A model generated the notes under the pieces. That model did not search any database. It had not been told where the DNA came from and saw nothing but the letters and a program-made list of their open reading frames with translations. A program made the position numbers and the translations under genes. From sequence record NC_061450.1: 64,000 bases of DNA. One strand, written 5' to 3'. Positions 9,239-18,139 of this stretch are shown piece after piece. Each line of letters starts with the position of its first letter. Positions within the stretch are counted from its first letter, which is position 1.

Positions 9239-9242
9239 TCTG

Positions 9243-9294
9243 CAAATTGCTGGTCAAAATGTGAGTAGCATCGATCAGAACATTCTGATACACT
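9243..9294 (+). promoter_or_regulatory. sigma70-type early promoter with upstream element and spacer palindrome
   Basis: CAAAT-TGC-TGGTCAAAAT; -35 TAGCAT 9266; TGa-TACACT 9289; TCAGA-ACAT-TCTGA in the spacer. Confidence 0.7.
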
Positions 9295-9353
9295 ATAGAG
9301 GCAGCACAATAACAACTACTCTCATTAACTTTTAAGCACCGGGGAAAATAATC

Positions 9354-9575
9354 ATGGCCGTCTTCGCAACAATCGTTATTGCGTTTGTCGTGTTGATTAC
9401 GTTAATCACAGTTGTCATTTCCATAGGCAACCGGACGATTGTAGCCGAGATGGAATATGATTTACAGGAAGCACTGGCAGCCATTGATGCGGCTCGCCGC
9501 TTTTACGCACGCCAATCTATGTACCACTTATCAGGAAAGGACTATGCAAATCAAAAAATGGGTGTCACAAAATAA
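9354..9575 (+). CDS. small membrane protein
   Basis: N-terminal hydrophobic helix; GGGG SD. Confidence 0.75.
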   Translation: MAVFATIVIAFVVLITLITVVISIGNRTIVAEMEYDLQEALAAIDAARRFYARQSMYHLSGKDYANQKMGVTK

Positions 9576-10080
9576 TCGTATCTCTCAGGCAAGCCGCACA
9601 CGTCTTGAGGAAACGGTCAACACTGAAATCCAACGCGTGATCGATCAGTGTTGTCTGCTGGTGGCCCGAGCTGAGACAGGCGGTGGCTTTGGACACGCTG
9701 CTGAGCACCTGACGCATCTGACCTGTATGCACATCTATGCTCGTGGTCTGGGCGGCATTCAGCGTAACTGGCAAATGCCTACGTTAGTCATTTCATCGAT
9801 TGACGTTATGCCCAGCTTCCAGCGCAAAGGCGTGTTCGCTGCTTTGTGTGATTCGTTAATCGATCACTGTATCCACAACAACTGGGTACTCAAAGTTGAA
9901 AACGTCTTGGTGCCGCATCTACGCAAGCATCTTGAACATCGTGGCTTCCTGCCATGTCCTAATGCTCATGGTACTGAGCTTGAGCACGGCAGTTTATACT
10001 GGCTGCCAAAACCCGAAGTGCGTGATCAACTGCCGCGCCTCGATATGTCGCGCATGAGTCAACTGAGGAATACAGCGTGA
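9544..10080 (+). CDS. GNAT-family acetyltransferase
   Basis: LVISSIDVMPSFQRKGVFAALC (motif A, Q/RxxGxG/A-like) and HLEHRGF. Confidence 0.65.
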   Translation: MQIKKWVSQNNRISQASRTRLEETVNTEIQRVIDQCCLLVARAETGGGFGHAAEHLTHLTCMHIYARGLGGIQRNWQMPTLVISSIDVMPSFQRKGVFAALCDSLIDHCIHNNWVLKVENVLVPHLRKHLEHRGFLPCPNAHGTELEHGSLYWLPKPEVRDQLPRLDMSRMSQLRNTA

Positions 10081-10292
10081 AGGCATTCTATCTCGCAATT
10101 CTCGCAGGCTGGACAAAGCTGCGGGGTTATGAACAGGTAGCAATCACCCTTGTGTTGGTGAACCTGTTAGGCGCCGTGTTAGTCAATATGATTAACCAAA
10201 ACTTATCGCTGTTTCTACCCAGCGTGTTTCTGTTTGCTCTTAGCGGTATGGTCAGTGTTGGCCTCTGCATCAAAGAGCACAAGGTAGACTAA
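10077..10292 (+). CDS. small membrane protein
   Basis: Two hydrophobic segments; GTGA overlap. Confidence 0.7.
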   Translation: MKAFYLAILAGWTKLRGYEQVAITLVLVNLLGAVLVNMINQNLSLFLPSVFLFALSGMVSVGLCIKEHKVD

Positions 10293-10328
10293 TCGCATTA
10301 CCCATTTACTTTAGCTGAGGAGCTAACG

Positions 10329-10646
10329 ATGGCAACTTCATCAACTCAAATCACTTTCATCTTCCCTTTCCTGTCCACCTATGAAGTAACGCTGGGCAGC
10401 GGCAGTCTGGCTAACAAGCTGGGCTGCAATGAAATGCAGGAAAAGACCTACAATGGTCCTCAGGCACTCAACATCATGCTGGGCCTGCATGTGCAGGACG
10501 CGCTGCCTCTGTTTGATCGCAGCATTGTTAACTTGATGGTCGATCATCAGGTGCGTTACGAAGAGGATATCGTCAGCGGCATGTATGATGCCTCAGGCCA
10601 CGAGCCTCATGCTGGACTCATGGTTGTAGTCCACCACTTCCGTTAG
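10329..10646 (+). CDS. hypothetical protein
   Basis: GAGGAG SD inside a short hairpin. Confidence 0.8.
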   Translation: MATSSTQITFIFPFLSTYEVTLGSGSLANKLGCNEMQEKTYNGPQALNIMLGLHVQDALPLFDRSIVNLMVDHQVRYEEDIVSGMYDASGHEPHAGLMVVVHHFR

Positions 10647-10709
10647 TGGGATTGCTGGAACGTCTTTGCGAAGGCGTTCTGTCAATAATCACTGTGCTGA
10701 GGAGCATGT

Positions 10710-11120
10710 ATGAATCGCCCGCAACGCGGCATCGTCTATAGTCTGTCAGAAATTCTGTGTGACCTTGAACTTCTGAAAAGCGCCGTTCTGTGTTTCTATG
10801 TGCAGGACGTGTGCTACCCAGACAACCGTAGCAGCACCGAGCAGATAGTCGATCACGAACACCTGACCGATGATAAATTTCTCAGCCTGCGGGGTTGGTC
10901 TGAGACTCAGTGGACGTTTGCTTACGAGACAAACGAATGGACTCCTGTGTTCCGCGCTGTTGATGATCGCAGTGTCGAGCAACTCTGTCACATTGAGCCG
11001 TATGTTGATCGTGATATGCAAGACATAAACCACATGTGGGTAACACCTCGTGGTGGTGAACTTCCGCAACAGCCTGTTGCATACAATCCTGAAATCCATG
11101 GCACGTTGGAGGCACGATGA
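10710..11120 (+). CDS. hypothetical protein
   Basis: GAGGAG SD; upstream hairpin GAACGTCTT/AAGGCGTTC. Confidence 0.8.
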   Translation: MNRPQRGIVYSLSEILCDLELLKSAVLCFYVQDVCYPDNRSSTEQIVDHEHLTDDKFLSLRGWSETQWTFAYETNEWTPVFRAVDDRSVEQLCHIEPYVDRDMQDINHMWVTPRGGELPQQPVAYNPEIHGTLEAR

Positions 11121-11446
11121 ACAAAGAACAACGCACTCGCATCATTACAGCAATGATGACCAATCTTATCGAGATTCGCAAAGTCACTGACATTGTGGTT
11201 CACGAACAAACCGTTGAGTTCAAGCTCAGGGGTAGTGCTTACATCGCGGAGATCTCTGAAAACCATCCCGATAAAATCAGTGTGCGCTTCCGCGACGACT
11301 ATCAGTGGGCGCCCGACATTGAAAAGCAACTCAACCATCAGCCTCCAGTTAAGCATGTTGCCAATCGCGATCTGTTGCACCGTCCTCCGCAAAAGCCCAA
11401 GACGTTGCATGACGTGATTCAGTCCAAGTCTGTGCGTCGCAGTTAA
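11117..11446 (+). CDS. hypothetical protein
   Basis: GGAGG SD; ATGA overlap. Confidence 0.75.
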   Translation: MNKEQRTRIITAMMTNLIEIRKVTDIVVHEQTVEFKLRGSAYIAEISENHPDKISVRFRDDYQWAPDIEKQLNHQPPVKHVANRDLLHRPPQKPKTLHDVIQSKSVRRS

Positions 11447-11542
11447 TTGTTTGTAGAGGCTATTCCACCAGAGTGGCCTCGTTAAACAACAACCGCGGGG
11501 GATGGACTGTAAATGATAGATAGCACATAGCACCAACACCAG

Positions 11543-11553
11543 AATTTGTAGTG
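11543..11553 (+). promoter_or_regulatory. TGTA-core motif
   Basis: AATTTGTAGTG upstream of the YadA-like gene. Confidence 0.45.
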
Positions 11554-11626
11554 GCAGTAAAGGCAATACAACAATCCACCGGCATAGACCGGTATACAGA
11601 AAATACCTAATCTCTAGGACATAAAA

Positions 11627-14134
11627 ATGAAAACTGCAATCAAAACTTCTATCGTAGCTTCTCTGGTAACTCTGGCTCTGGCACACGTATCAGCGGCCAA
11701 TGCAACAACGCAGTATGACGGCGGCCTGATTAATGTGGGTGGCGGTGATGGTGGTCTGATTAACATCGGCGGTAACGGTGGCTTTATCAATATCGGAGGC
11801 AACACTGGAACTCAGACAGCCCTGAATGGTCTGAACACCAATCTGAATATTCTCGACGGCAAAGTAACCGTGATCGACGGTAAAGTTGTTGACCTGTCGA
11901 ATAACGTTGCTGGTCTCAATACCACAGTATCTGGACTCAGCGGCACTGTGTCGCAGAACACCAAAGACATTGGTACGCTGACCAACAGCCTGAACTCGCA
12001 GAACACCAGCCTGACTAACGCTATCAATGCGGGCGACAAGCTGTTAAACGACAAACTGACCTCAGCTACTACCACGCTGGGCAGCCAGATCAAATCTACC
12101 AACGATCTCGCGGTGCAGGGTAACGCAACTGCAAACAACGCACTGACCACTGTGTACGGTCTGATCCCTCAGGTACTCAACAACGGCAAAGCAATCGCCG
12201 ATGTGAAAACTGACCTGACCAAAGCTGTTGATCAGGGCAAGCAAGTTGCAGGTCAACTCAATACCAAAATCGATGGTGTTGATTCAAAGGTTGATTCGCT
12301 GGCACAACAGGGGCAGGCTGCCTACACCGAACTGAAAGGCGATGTGTCTCAGGTTGATGGACGTGTGACTGACCTCGCTAATCAGGGCAAGCAAGTTGCA
12401 GGCCAGCTCAACGATAAGATTGATGGCGTTTCAACTCAGACCAACGGCCGTATCGATGACCTGACTGCGAAAGCAAATCAGTTTGCATCCGATACAACTG
12501 CCGCTATCAGCAACGTTAACGATAAAGCCGACGCAGGTATTGCGCTGGGTGCTGCCGCTAACGTAAAAGCTGATCTGGTTGGTGCTGGCCTCATCGCTAA
12601 CTCTGTGTGGGATGCGCATCAGCAAAAAGAGATTGATGCCAACACTAAAGGTCTGGCAGCAAACAACGCGCTGGATGCGAAACAGCAAACGCAGATTGAC
12701 GCGAATACTAAGACGGGTACTCAGAACTCCAAAGACATTGGCGGTCTGCAATCCGGTCTCGCGGCAAACACAGCGGTTGATGCGAAACAACAGCATCAGA
12801 TTGACTGGCTGAAAAGTGACTCGGCTGCCAACAAAGCAACTGACGCTAAACAGCAAACGCAGATCGATGCCAATACCAAAACTGGCACGCAGAACGGTAA
12901 AGCAATCGGCGAACTGCAAACTGGTCTGGCTGTTACCGATGCACGTTCAATCGACAACAGCGGCCGCATCACTGATCTGGTTAACGTCACCGATAAAGAT
13001 CGTACTGACATTAACACCCGTGTTGACGGTGTGTCCAATCAAGTCAACAAGAACGGTGAGCGCATTACCGACCTGGTCAATGTGACTGATAAAGACCGCA
13101 CCGACATTAACGTGCGTGTTGATGGCGTGTCTAATCAAGTCAATCAAAACACCAACGACATTAAGAACGTGGGCAACGTTGCAAATGATGCGTACAACAA
13201 CGCATACAACGCGCAGCAAACTGCCAACGCCGGTGTAGCAATCGGGCAGGACGCCAAGAACACTGCAATCAATGCGCAGAACACCGCGGACGTTGCAGTT
13301 GGTATCGGCCAGAAGAACAGCAACGATATCATCAACACCAACAATGTTCTGAACCAGAACGTTAAGCAAACCCAGACCAACACCACCAACATTGTTAATC
13401 TGGATAATCGCACTACGCAGAACACCTCTGATATTCAGACCACGCGCAACGATCTGACCAACACCAACAATGTGCTGACTCAGAACGTCAAGCAAACGCA
13501 GTCGAATACCAATCGTATCACGGTGAATGAAGGCAACATTGCCAACAACACCAAGCAGATCAATGTTAACACCACCAACATTGCTAACCACGAAACGCGC
13601 ATCACCAACAGCGAAACCAACATTGCGAACAACACCACTGAGATCAAAAAGACTCAGACTGTTGTCAACAACCAGGGTAAAGTGTTGCAGAACCATGAGA
13701 CGCGTATCACCAACAACGAAACCAACATCAACAACCTGGCTGGTGATTACTACCAGTTCCAAGATACCTACAACTACAACAATCAGGTCATCAATCAGAA
13801 CATCCAGAGCTACTCTAATCAGGCTGTTCAGAAATCGAAAGCGTACACTGATCAGCAGGTCGGTAACCTGCGCAACGATTGGCAGCGTGGACGCAGCGAA
13901 GACCAGAGCGAATATCGTAGCGGTATCGCGGGTGTTGCTGCAATGTCTAACATCCCTAACGTTCCAGGCACCAAGTGGAACATGGGTGCAGGCGTGGGCC
14001 AGTTCCACGACAAGACAGCGCTGGCCGTTGGTGGTCACCTGAACATCAGCAACAACGTTTCTGTAAAAGCAAGTCTGGGCTTTGCTAATGACAGTGACGC
14101 CGTCGCTGGTATCGGTATGAGCATCGGTAACTAA
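11627..14134 (+). CDS. YadA-type trimeric autotransporter adhesin-like protein
   Basis: Sec signal peptide ending AANA; Asn/Thr-rich coiled-coil stalk (NIANHETRITN); C-terminal anchor SGIAGVAAMSNIP..GAGVGQF..ALAVGG..VKASLGF..AGIGMSIG. Confidence 0.85.
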   Translation: MKTAIKTSIVASLVTLALAHVSAANATTQYDGGLINVGGGDGGLINIGGNGGFINIGGNTGTQTALNGLNTNLNILDGKVTVIDGKVVDLSNNVAGLNTTVSGLSGTVSQNTKDIGTLTNSLNSQNTSLTNAINAGDKLLNDKLTSATTTLGSQIKSTNDLAVQGNATANNALTTVYGLIPQVLNNGKAIADVKTDLTKAVDQGKQVAGQLNTKIDGVDSKVDSLAQQGQAAYTELKGDVSQVDGRVTDLANQGKQVAGQLNDKIDGVSTQTNGRIDDLTAKANQFASDTTAAISNVNDKADAGIALGAAANVKADLVGAGLIANSVWDAHQQKEIDANTKGLAANNALDAKQQTQIDANTKTGTQNSKDIGGLQSGLAANTAVDAKQQHQIDWLKSDSAANKATDAKQQTQIDANTKTGTQNGKAIGELQTGLAVTDARSIDNSGRITDLVNVTDKDRTDINTRVDGVSNQVNKNGERITDLVNVTDKDRTDINVRVDGVSNQVNQNTNDIKNVGNVANDAYNNAYNAQQTANAGVAIGQDAKNTAINAQNTADVAVGIGQKNSNDIINTNNVLNQNVKQTQTNTTNIVNLDNRTTQNTSDIQTTRNDLTNTNNVLTQNVKQTQSNTNRITVNEGNIANNTKQINVNTTNIANHETRITNSETNIANNTTEIKKTQTVVNNQGKVLQNHETRITNNETNINNLAGDYYQFQDTYNYNNQVINQNIQSYSNQAVQKSKAYTDQQVGNLRNDWQRGRSEDQSEYRSGIAGVAAMSNIPNVPGTKWNMGAGVGQFHDKTALAVGGHLNISNNVSVKASLGFANDSDAVAGIGMSIGN
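11720..13740 (+). repeat. internal tandem peptide repeats of the autotransporter (approximate span)
   Basis: GG(L/F)IN(V/I)GG x3; QGKQVAGQLN.KIDGV x2; KQQTQIDANTKTGTQN x2; RITDLVNVTDKDRTDIN.RVDGVSNQVN x2; NTNNVL.QNVKQTQ x2; NHETRITN.ETNI x2. Confidence 0.85.
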
Positions 14135-14145
14135 GTAAAACCTCT

Positions 14146-14167
14146 GGGTGCCTTCGGGCACCCTTTG
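14146..14167 (+). terminator. intrinsic terminator
   Basis: GGGTGCC-TTCG-GGCACCC-TTT. Confidence 0.75.
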
Positions 14168-14189
14168 TTACTTGTCAGGAGATTTCAAT

Positions 14190-14363
14190 ATGGGTTATCC
14201 AACTTGCGCTGATTGCGGTTGTCGAATCCGCAGCGGCTATTGCACCAACTGTCAGGAAGAAGCCTATATCATGGACGTTCAGGCGGCAGAAATGGATATA
14301 GAGTTCAGTCCTGAATTTTCAGAAGTAGCCGCAGAGCAACGTAGACCAATTAAAGGTGAGTAA
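14190..14363 (+). CDS. small zinc-finger protein
   Basis: CADC..CTNC; AGGAG SD. Confidence 0.7.
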   Translation: MGYPTCADCGCRIRSGYCTNCQEEAYIMDVQAAEMDIEFSPEFSEVAAEQRRPIKGE

Positions 14364-14880
14364 AATGAATTTTGCTATCATCAAAGCACTCAAAGCAGTT
14401 GGCGAGGAGATTGATAGTCTGTTCAATGCCAGCCCATTCCATGAAACGTCTATTCGACTGACTTGGTCACAACAAGCAACAAACGACGATTTCCTCGATG
14501 AGTTTACTCGCATTGATTTCCGCGTGTTCACCAAGCAAACTCATCCCAACGAACGTCAGCACAAGAAGATTGAAGACTACACGCTGGGCTTTGAGTTTCG
14601 TTGGGATGCCAGTGTCCCACAACCTGATGCCTATCTCCGTTTCGGATTGTACTCTGCTTCAGGCATGGAAGCAACTGTTCTACCATGGGTGCCTTATATG
14701 GACTTTATTGACCAGTCTGCTTTTGGGGTATGCAACAGACTGCTGGGACAAGTTGCTCATGCGCCTGAGTTTCAGGCTCATTTAAAAACATATACCGATG
14801 CGGCCATTGATTCACGTTGGATTGCAGATGTTTTGAGTGCATTTGCAGATCAGCGCACCATGATCGAGTCATGCCTGTAG
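14356..14880 (+). CDS. hypothetical protein
   Basis: 174 aa ORF in the operon. Confidence 0.8.
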   Translation: MSKMNFAIIKALKAVGEEIDSLFNASPFHETSIRLTWSQQATNDDFLDEFTRIDFRVFTKQTHPNERQHKKIEDYTLGFEFRWDASVPQPDAYLRFGLYSASGMEATVLPWVPYMDFIDQSAFGVCNRLLGQVAHAPEFQAHLKTYTDAAIDSRWIADVLSAFADQRTMIESCL

Positions 14881-15164
14881 CCTATGAGGCTGTTGTCGAA
14901 CTTGTGGAAGAAGACGGCAGCTACGATCTCCCCGAGCTTCCACACATCTACTCCGCGTATGTTCGTGACGTTTGGACCAACAAACGCATCGACGTAAAGA
15001 CACGCGGTAAAACTAAATTGCCTGAGGGCAGAATACGTTGGTCAAAGTCCGAAGAACTCGTTGAGTGGTTTGACGTTGACCCTTCTCGCTATACACTTTT
15101 CATTGTCAGTCCGTGGTCAGAACCCCATGACGACAAACAGGAACAAGGAACTCAAGATGAATAA
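14871..15164 (+). CDS. hypothetical protein
   Basis: Overlaps both neighbours. Confidence 0.7.
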   Translation: MPVAYEAVVELVEEDGSYDLPELPHIYSAYVRDVWTNKRIDVKTRGKTKLPEGRIRWSKSEELVEWFDVDPSRYTLFIVSPWSEPHDDKQEQGTQDE

Positions 15165-16041
15165 CTACAGTGGCAACGTTGACGCAATCAAACCTACAGT
15201 AGGTACCCTTCCAGTTGTCTTAATTGATGGTCTGAGAAGTCCTTCTCTCGGCCGTGTTATGGAAAGTGTGTTGATGTGGCAGAACGGCGAGATTGAACTG
15301 CAACTCGTCTCAGGACAAGATGCACCCCATCGCACAGGTGTGTACCTGTGTACTGACAGTCGCGGTAATGTACGTTACGGTAGCTTAACTGCAACTGCCG
15401 CAGACTGTTTTCGATTCAAAGAAAGCTACGCTAATGGCGGCAGCACTATTTGGTACGACATGGACGCAATGCCGAGTGAGTTCGTTGAGCCAGACGATCT
15501 TGACTTGGCTGATCTCAGCAACTGGATGCTGATCATGCCTCTGGTCAGTGGCAACTACAGCGACCACAGTATGTTCCCCGAAGGCTACAGTCCTCGCGTA
15601 GAAGAAGTTTCAAGTTCAATCTCTCCGACTCCTTGTGACAACCGCACGCCAGACCAGTTGAACTCCATCGAGAAGTCTGGCATGAATGACCCTGAGCACG
15701 TAGAGCATTCTGAGGGTTACTATCAGTTTTATCGCTGGGCACAAAACTTGCGTGGTGAAAACTTGAGAGCATTTCTGCTTTCTCTGTCTGCGTTCTTCAA
15801 ACGTGACGTAGGTACAACTGAGTTGTTGCAGATGCCTTTGTCAGAGTGGCGTCAGTACGCAACTTATCTGGCCACCAGTAACGTTGGTCCTGAATTGCTG
15901 AGTCTCTTCACTATTTCTCACTGCCGAAACATCTATGTGCTGGCACGTAGCAGCTACTATCGCAGAATGGATAAACAGCCTCTGCCTCAGCGTGATTACG
16001 ATGCCATGCGTCTGGAGGTAACAAATGGTAGAACTTGCTAA
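15157..16041 (+). CDS. hypothetical protein
   Basis: AAGGA SD; 294 aa. Confidence 0.85.
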   Translation: MNNYSGNVDAIKPTVGTLPVVLIDGLRSPSLGRVMESVLMWQNGEIELQLVSGQDAPHRTGVYLCTDSRGNVRYGSLTATAADCFRFKESYANGGSTIWYDMDAMPSEFVEPDDLDLADLSNWMLIMPLVSGNYSDHSMFPEGYSPRVEEVSSSISPTPCDNRTPDQLNSIEKSGMNDPEHVEHSEGYYQFYRWAQNLRGENLRAFLLSLSAFFKRDVGTTELLQMPLSEWRQYATYLATSNVGPELLSLFTISHCRNIYVLARSSYYRRMDKQPLPQRDYDAMRLEVTNGRTC

Positions 16042-16234
16042 GGGACCACTCGGACAGTTAGTTTTCGTCTGGCTCTCAGTAATGGGATACTTTGCAGCAC
16101 GCATCTACGGTCTGATTCAGGATGAACCTCTTGGTCTGGCGTTCATGTTTGCTGCTGCTATTGTTATTATGCGCCTCACGCCAATGGCCTGTGAATCGTT
16201 TCGCACCTACTGGTATCAAAGAAGGAAGAACTAA
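16025..16234 (+). CDS. small membrane protein
   Basis: Two TM-like helices; GGAGG SD. Confidence 0.75.
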   Translation: MVELAKGPLGQLVFVWLSVMGYFAARIYGLIQDEPLGLAFMFAAAIVIMRLTPMACESFRTYWYQRRKN

Positions 16235-16563
16235 TGTTTACACGTCTCAAGGAATTTTTAGAGATCTGGCCAACAACGTCAGAGGCTCTGGAGAAGCGTG
16301 CTGCCTGTGTCAAGACCGGACACCACTGTTACGTTGTGAAAAACAAAACAGGGCAGGCAGAAGCGCAGCAACGTGAAACCGCCGTGCTGTGTTCTCGCAT
16401 CAACTCTGAACAACAGCGCGAAGACATTCGCCGTACAGTTGCCCGAGAGCTGGAGCGTGACACAACGCTGTACCCCAAGCTGTTGACCTTTGGCTCTACT
16501 GGTACTCTCATTGTGGCTCCATTGAGCTACGACGTTAACATTGCAGACATGATGGACCTCTAA
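16234..16563 (+). CDS. hypothetical protein
   Basis: TAATG coupling. Confidence 0.75.
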   Translation: MFTRLKEFLEIWPTTSEALEKRAACVKTGHHCYVVKNKTGQAEAQQRETAVLCSRINSEQQREDIRRTVARELERDTTLYPKLLTFGSTGTLIVAPLSYDVNIADMMDL

Positions 16564-16564
16564 C

Positions 16565-17407
16565 ATGCTAAACAAAATCTCATTCGGCGCGGCTCTTCCT
16601 TACATGGAAATACGCCACGACAAAAATCCCAAGCGCAGCCTCGTGCTTACCAACAAGTCGTTTGAGTTCGAGCCTGGTCTGAACATGCTGGTGGGCGCTA
16701 ACGGCAGCGGTAAGTCAACTCTGCTTGAAGCCATCGCAAAGCGCTTCCTGTGCTTTAACTTCGGTACGCCAAACCTCGATAAAGAAACGTTTGGCTATAT
16801 GTCTGAACTGTGGGAAAAAGATGAGGAGTGGTCGTGGCGGGATGAGAAGTTCCTGCCTTATGTCGATGTTGTGGCTGAACCTATCCCGTACACAATGTAC
16901 GCCAGCCCTGAGTTCACCCCGATGGGGCAGCCCAATCGTGCCTATGCTATGTGCTATGGCTTGGGCAAGATCGCCACTGAATACTACGACAAGGTAGATA
17001 GCCATTCGAGCGGTCAGGGCATGAGCAACGTACTTGCCTCCATGTTTGAAATTCTACGTGGTGCTGAACGTCCCATTGGCCGCAGACAGGTAGAAAAGCA
17101 TGAATGGCGTGATGAACGTGACAGTGGTAAAAAGCAAGTCAACTGGCTGGACCAAAACATCTTACCCAAGTCTGATGCGCCAGTCACGTTGTTGCTGGAC
17201 GAGCCTGAACGTGCTCTTGACCTGAATGCGCAACTCAAGTTCTGGGCAGACCTGACAGAGTTTAGCAAACAGCCCAACGTCCAGATCATTATCGCAACCC
17301 ACAGCATCATTCCAATGTTTATGCCTGATATCAAAGTCAACTATGTTGAAATGACCGATGGCTATGCAGACAGCTTGACACAAGGCGTCAGAAAACTCAG
17401 CAAATAG
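16565..17407 (+). CDS. stand-alone ABC-fold ATPase (COG3910-like)
   Basis: Walker A GANGSGKST; signature-like SSGQG; Walker B LLLDEPE; H-loop IIIATHS. Confidence 0.85.
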   Translation: MLNKISFGAALPYMEIRHDKNPKRSLVLTNKSFEFEPGLNMLVGANGSGKSTLLEAIAKRFLCFNFGTPNLDKETFGYMSELWEKDEEWSWRDEKFLPYVDVVAEPIPYTMYASPEFTPMGQPNRAYAMCYGLGKIATEYYDKVDSHSSGQGMSNVLASMFEILRGAERPIGRRQVEKHEWRDERDSGKKQVNWLDQNILPKSDAPVTLLLDEPERALDLNAQLKFWADLTEFSKQPNVQIIIATHSIIPMFMPDIKVNYVEMTDGYADSLTQGVRKLSK

Positions 17408-17452
17408 CTGGTCAAAACAACTGCTGCAAAAAGGAGTCTCGTGTGATATACT
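17401..17452 (+). promoter_or_regulatory. sigma70-type early promoter with upstream element
   Basis: CAAAT-AGC-TGGTCAAAAC; TGa-TATACT at 17447. Confidence 0.7.
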
Positions 17453-17493
17453 TATTCAAGGGCAGTCAATCACAAATCTACAGGGACTTCACA

Positions 17494-17772
17494 ATGAACA
17501 AACATCAAAAGCGCTGCATCTTACGGGCGTTCTGCTTTGCACTAGGTCTATCGTTTTTATCGGGCCTGTGTGTAGGCTATTTCTTCTGGTTCGCCGAGCT
17601 TGATTTTACGATGGTTGCTATCGCCATCGGTTTTGGTGTTGTGGGTGTTGTTGGATTATTGGAGATAGGCACGTCCATCTCCAACTGCCTTGCACATGGA
17701 CGTGTTAACGCTCGTCGGTATATCAACCGTACTGTACGCAAAGCACGTTGTGATTTTGTAAACTATAGATAA
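17494..17772 (+). CDS. membrane protein
   Basis: Two hydrophobic helices. Confidence 0.75.
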   Translation: MNKHQKRCILRAFCFALGLSFLSGLCVGYFFWFAELDFTMVAIAIGFGVVGVVGLLEIGTSISNCLAHGRVNARRYINRTVRKARCDFVNYR

Positions 17773-17784
17773 TGCGAGGGCATT

Positions 17785-18138
17785 ATGATTCCTTATTACC
17801 ACAGTCCGTTTTATTCGTCGTTGTTGATTTGGCGAAAACGTCTGCGTAACTGCGTTGCGTTGCTGATCGCCATCCTGTTGTTTCATGGGCGTGTGCCTCC
17901 TCCAGAATCTGTGCCAGACATGTGGTTCTGGACAGGCTGTGTGTTTGGCGTGGTGTGCTTTGTTTGTTATTGCTACATGGCAATGTATGAGCGCTACATT
18001 CTTGAGGCATGTGACCACCTCAATAAAAACACAATCATCGGCGTGCCTAACTTTGAAGCGTTAGAACATCGTCACGCAAAATGGTTCCGCCGTAAATTCA
18101 AATCGGAACCCCGTGAAACTAATACATGGAAAATTTAA
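17785..18138 (+). CDS. membrane protein
   Basis: Two hydrophobic helices; GAGG SD. Confidence 0.75.
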   Translation: MIPYYHSPFYSSLLIWRKRLRNCVALLIAILLFHGRVPPPESVPDMWFWTGCVFGVVCFVCYCYMAMYERYILEACDHLNKNTIIGVPNFEALEHRHAKWFRRKFKSEPRETNTWKI

Positions 18139-18139
18139 C

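Noticed and set aside
12947-14161. 404-aa minus-strand ORF
   Set aside because: Antisense shadow of the Asn/Thr-rich autotransporter; AAC/ACC codon bias removes stops on the opposite strand; no SD or promoter support
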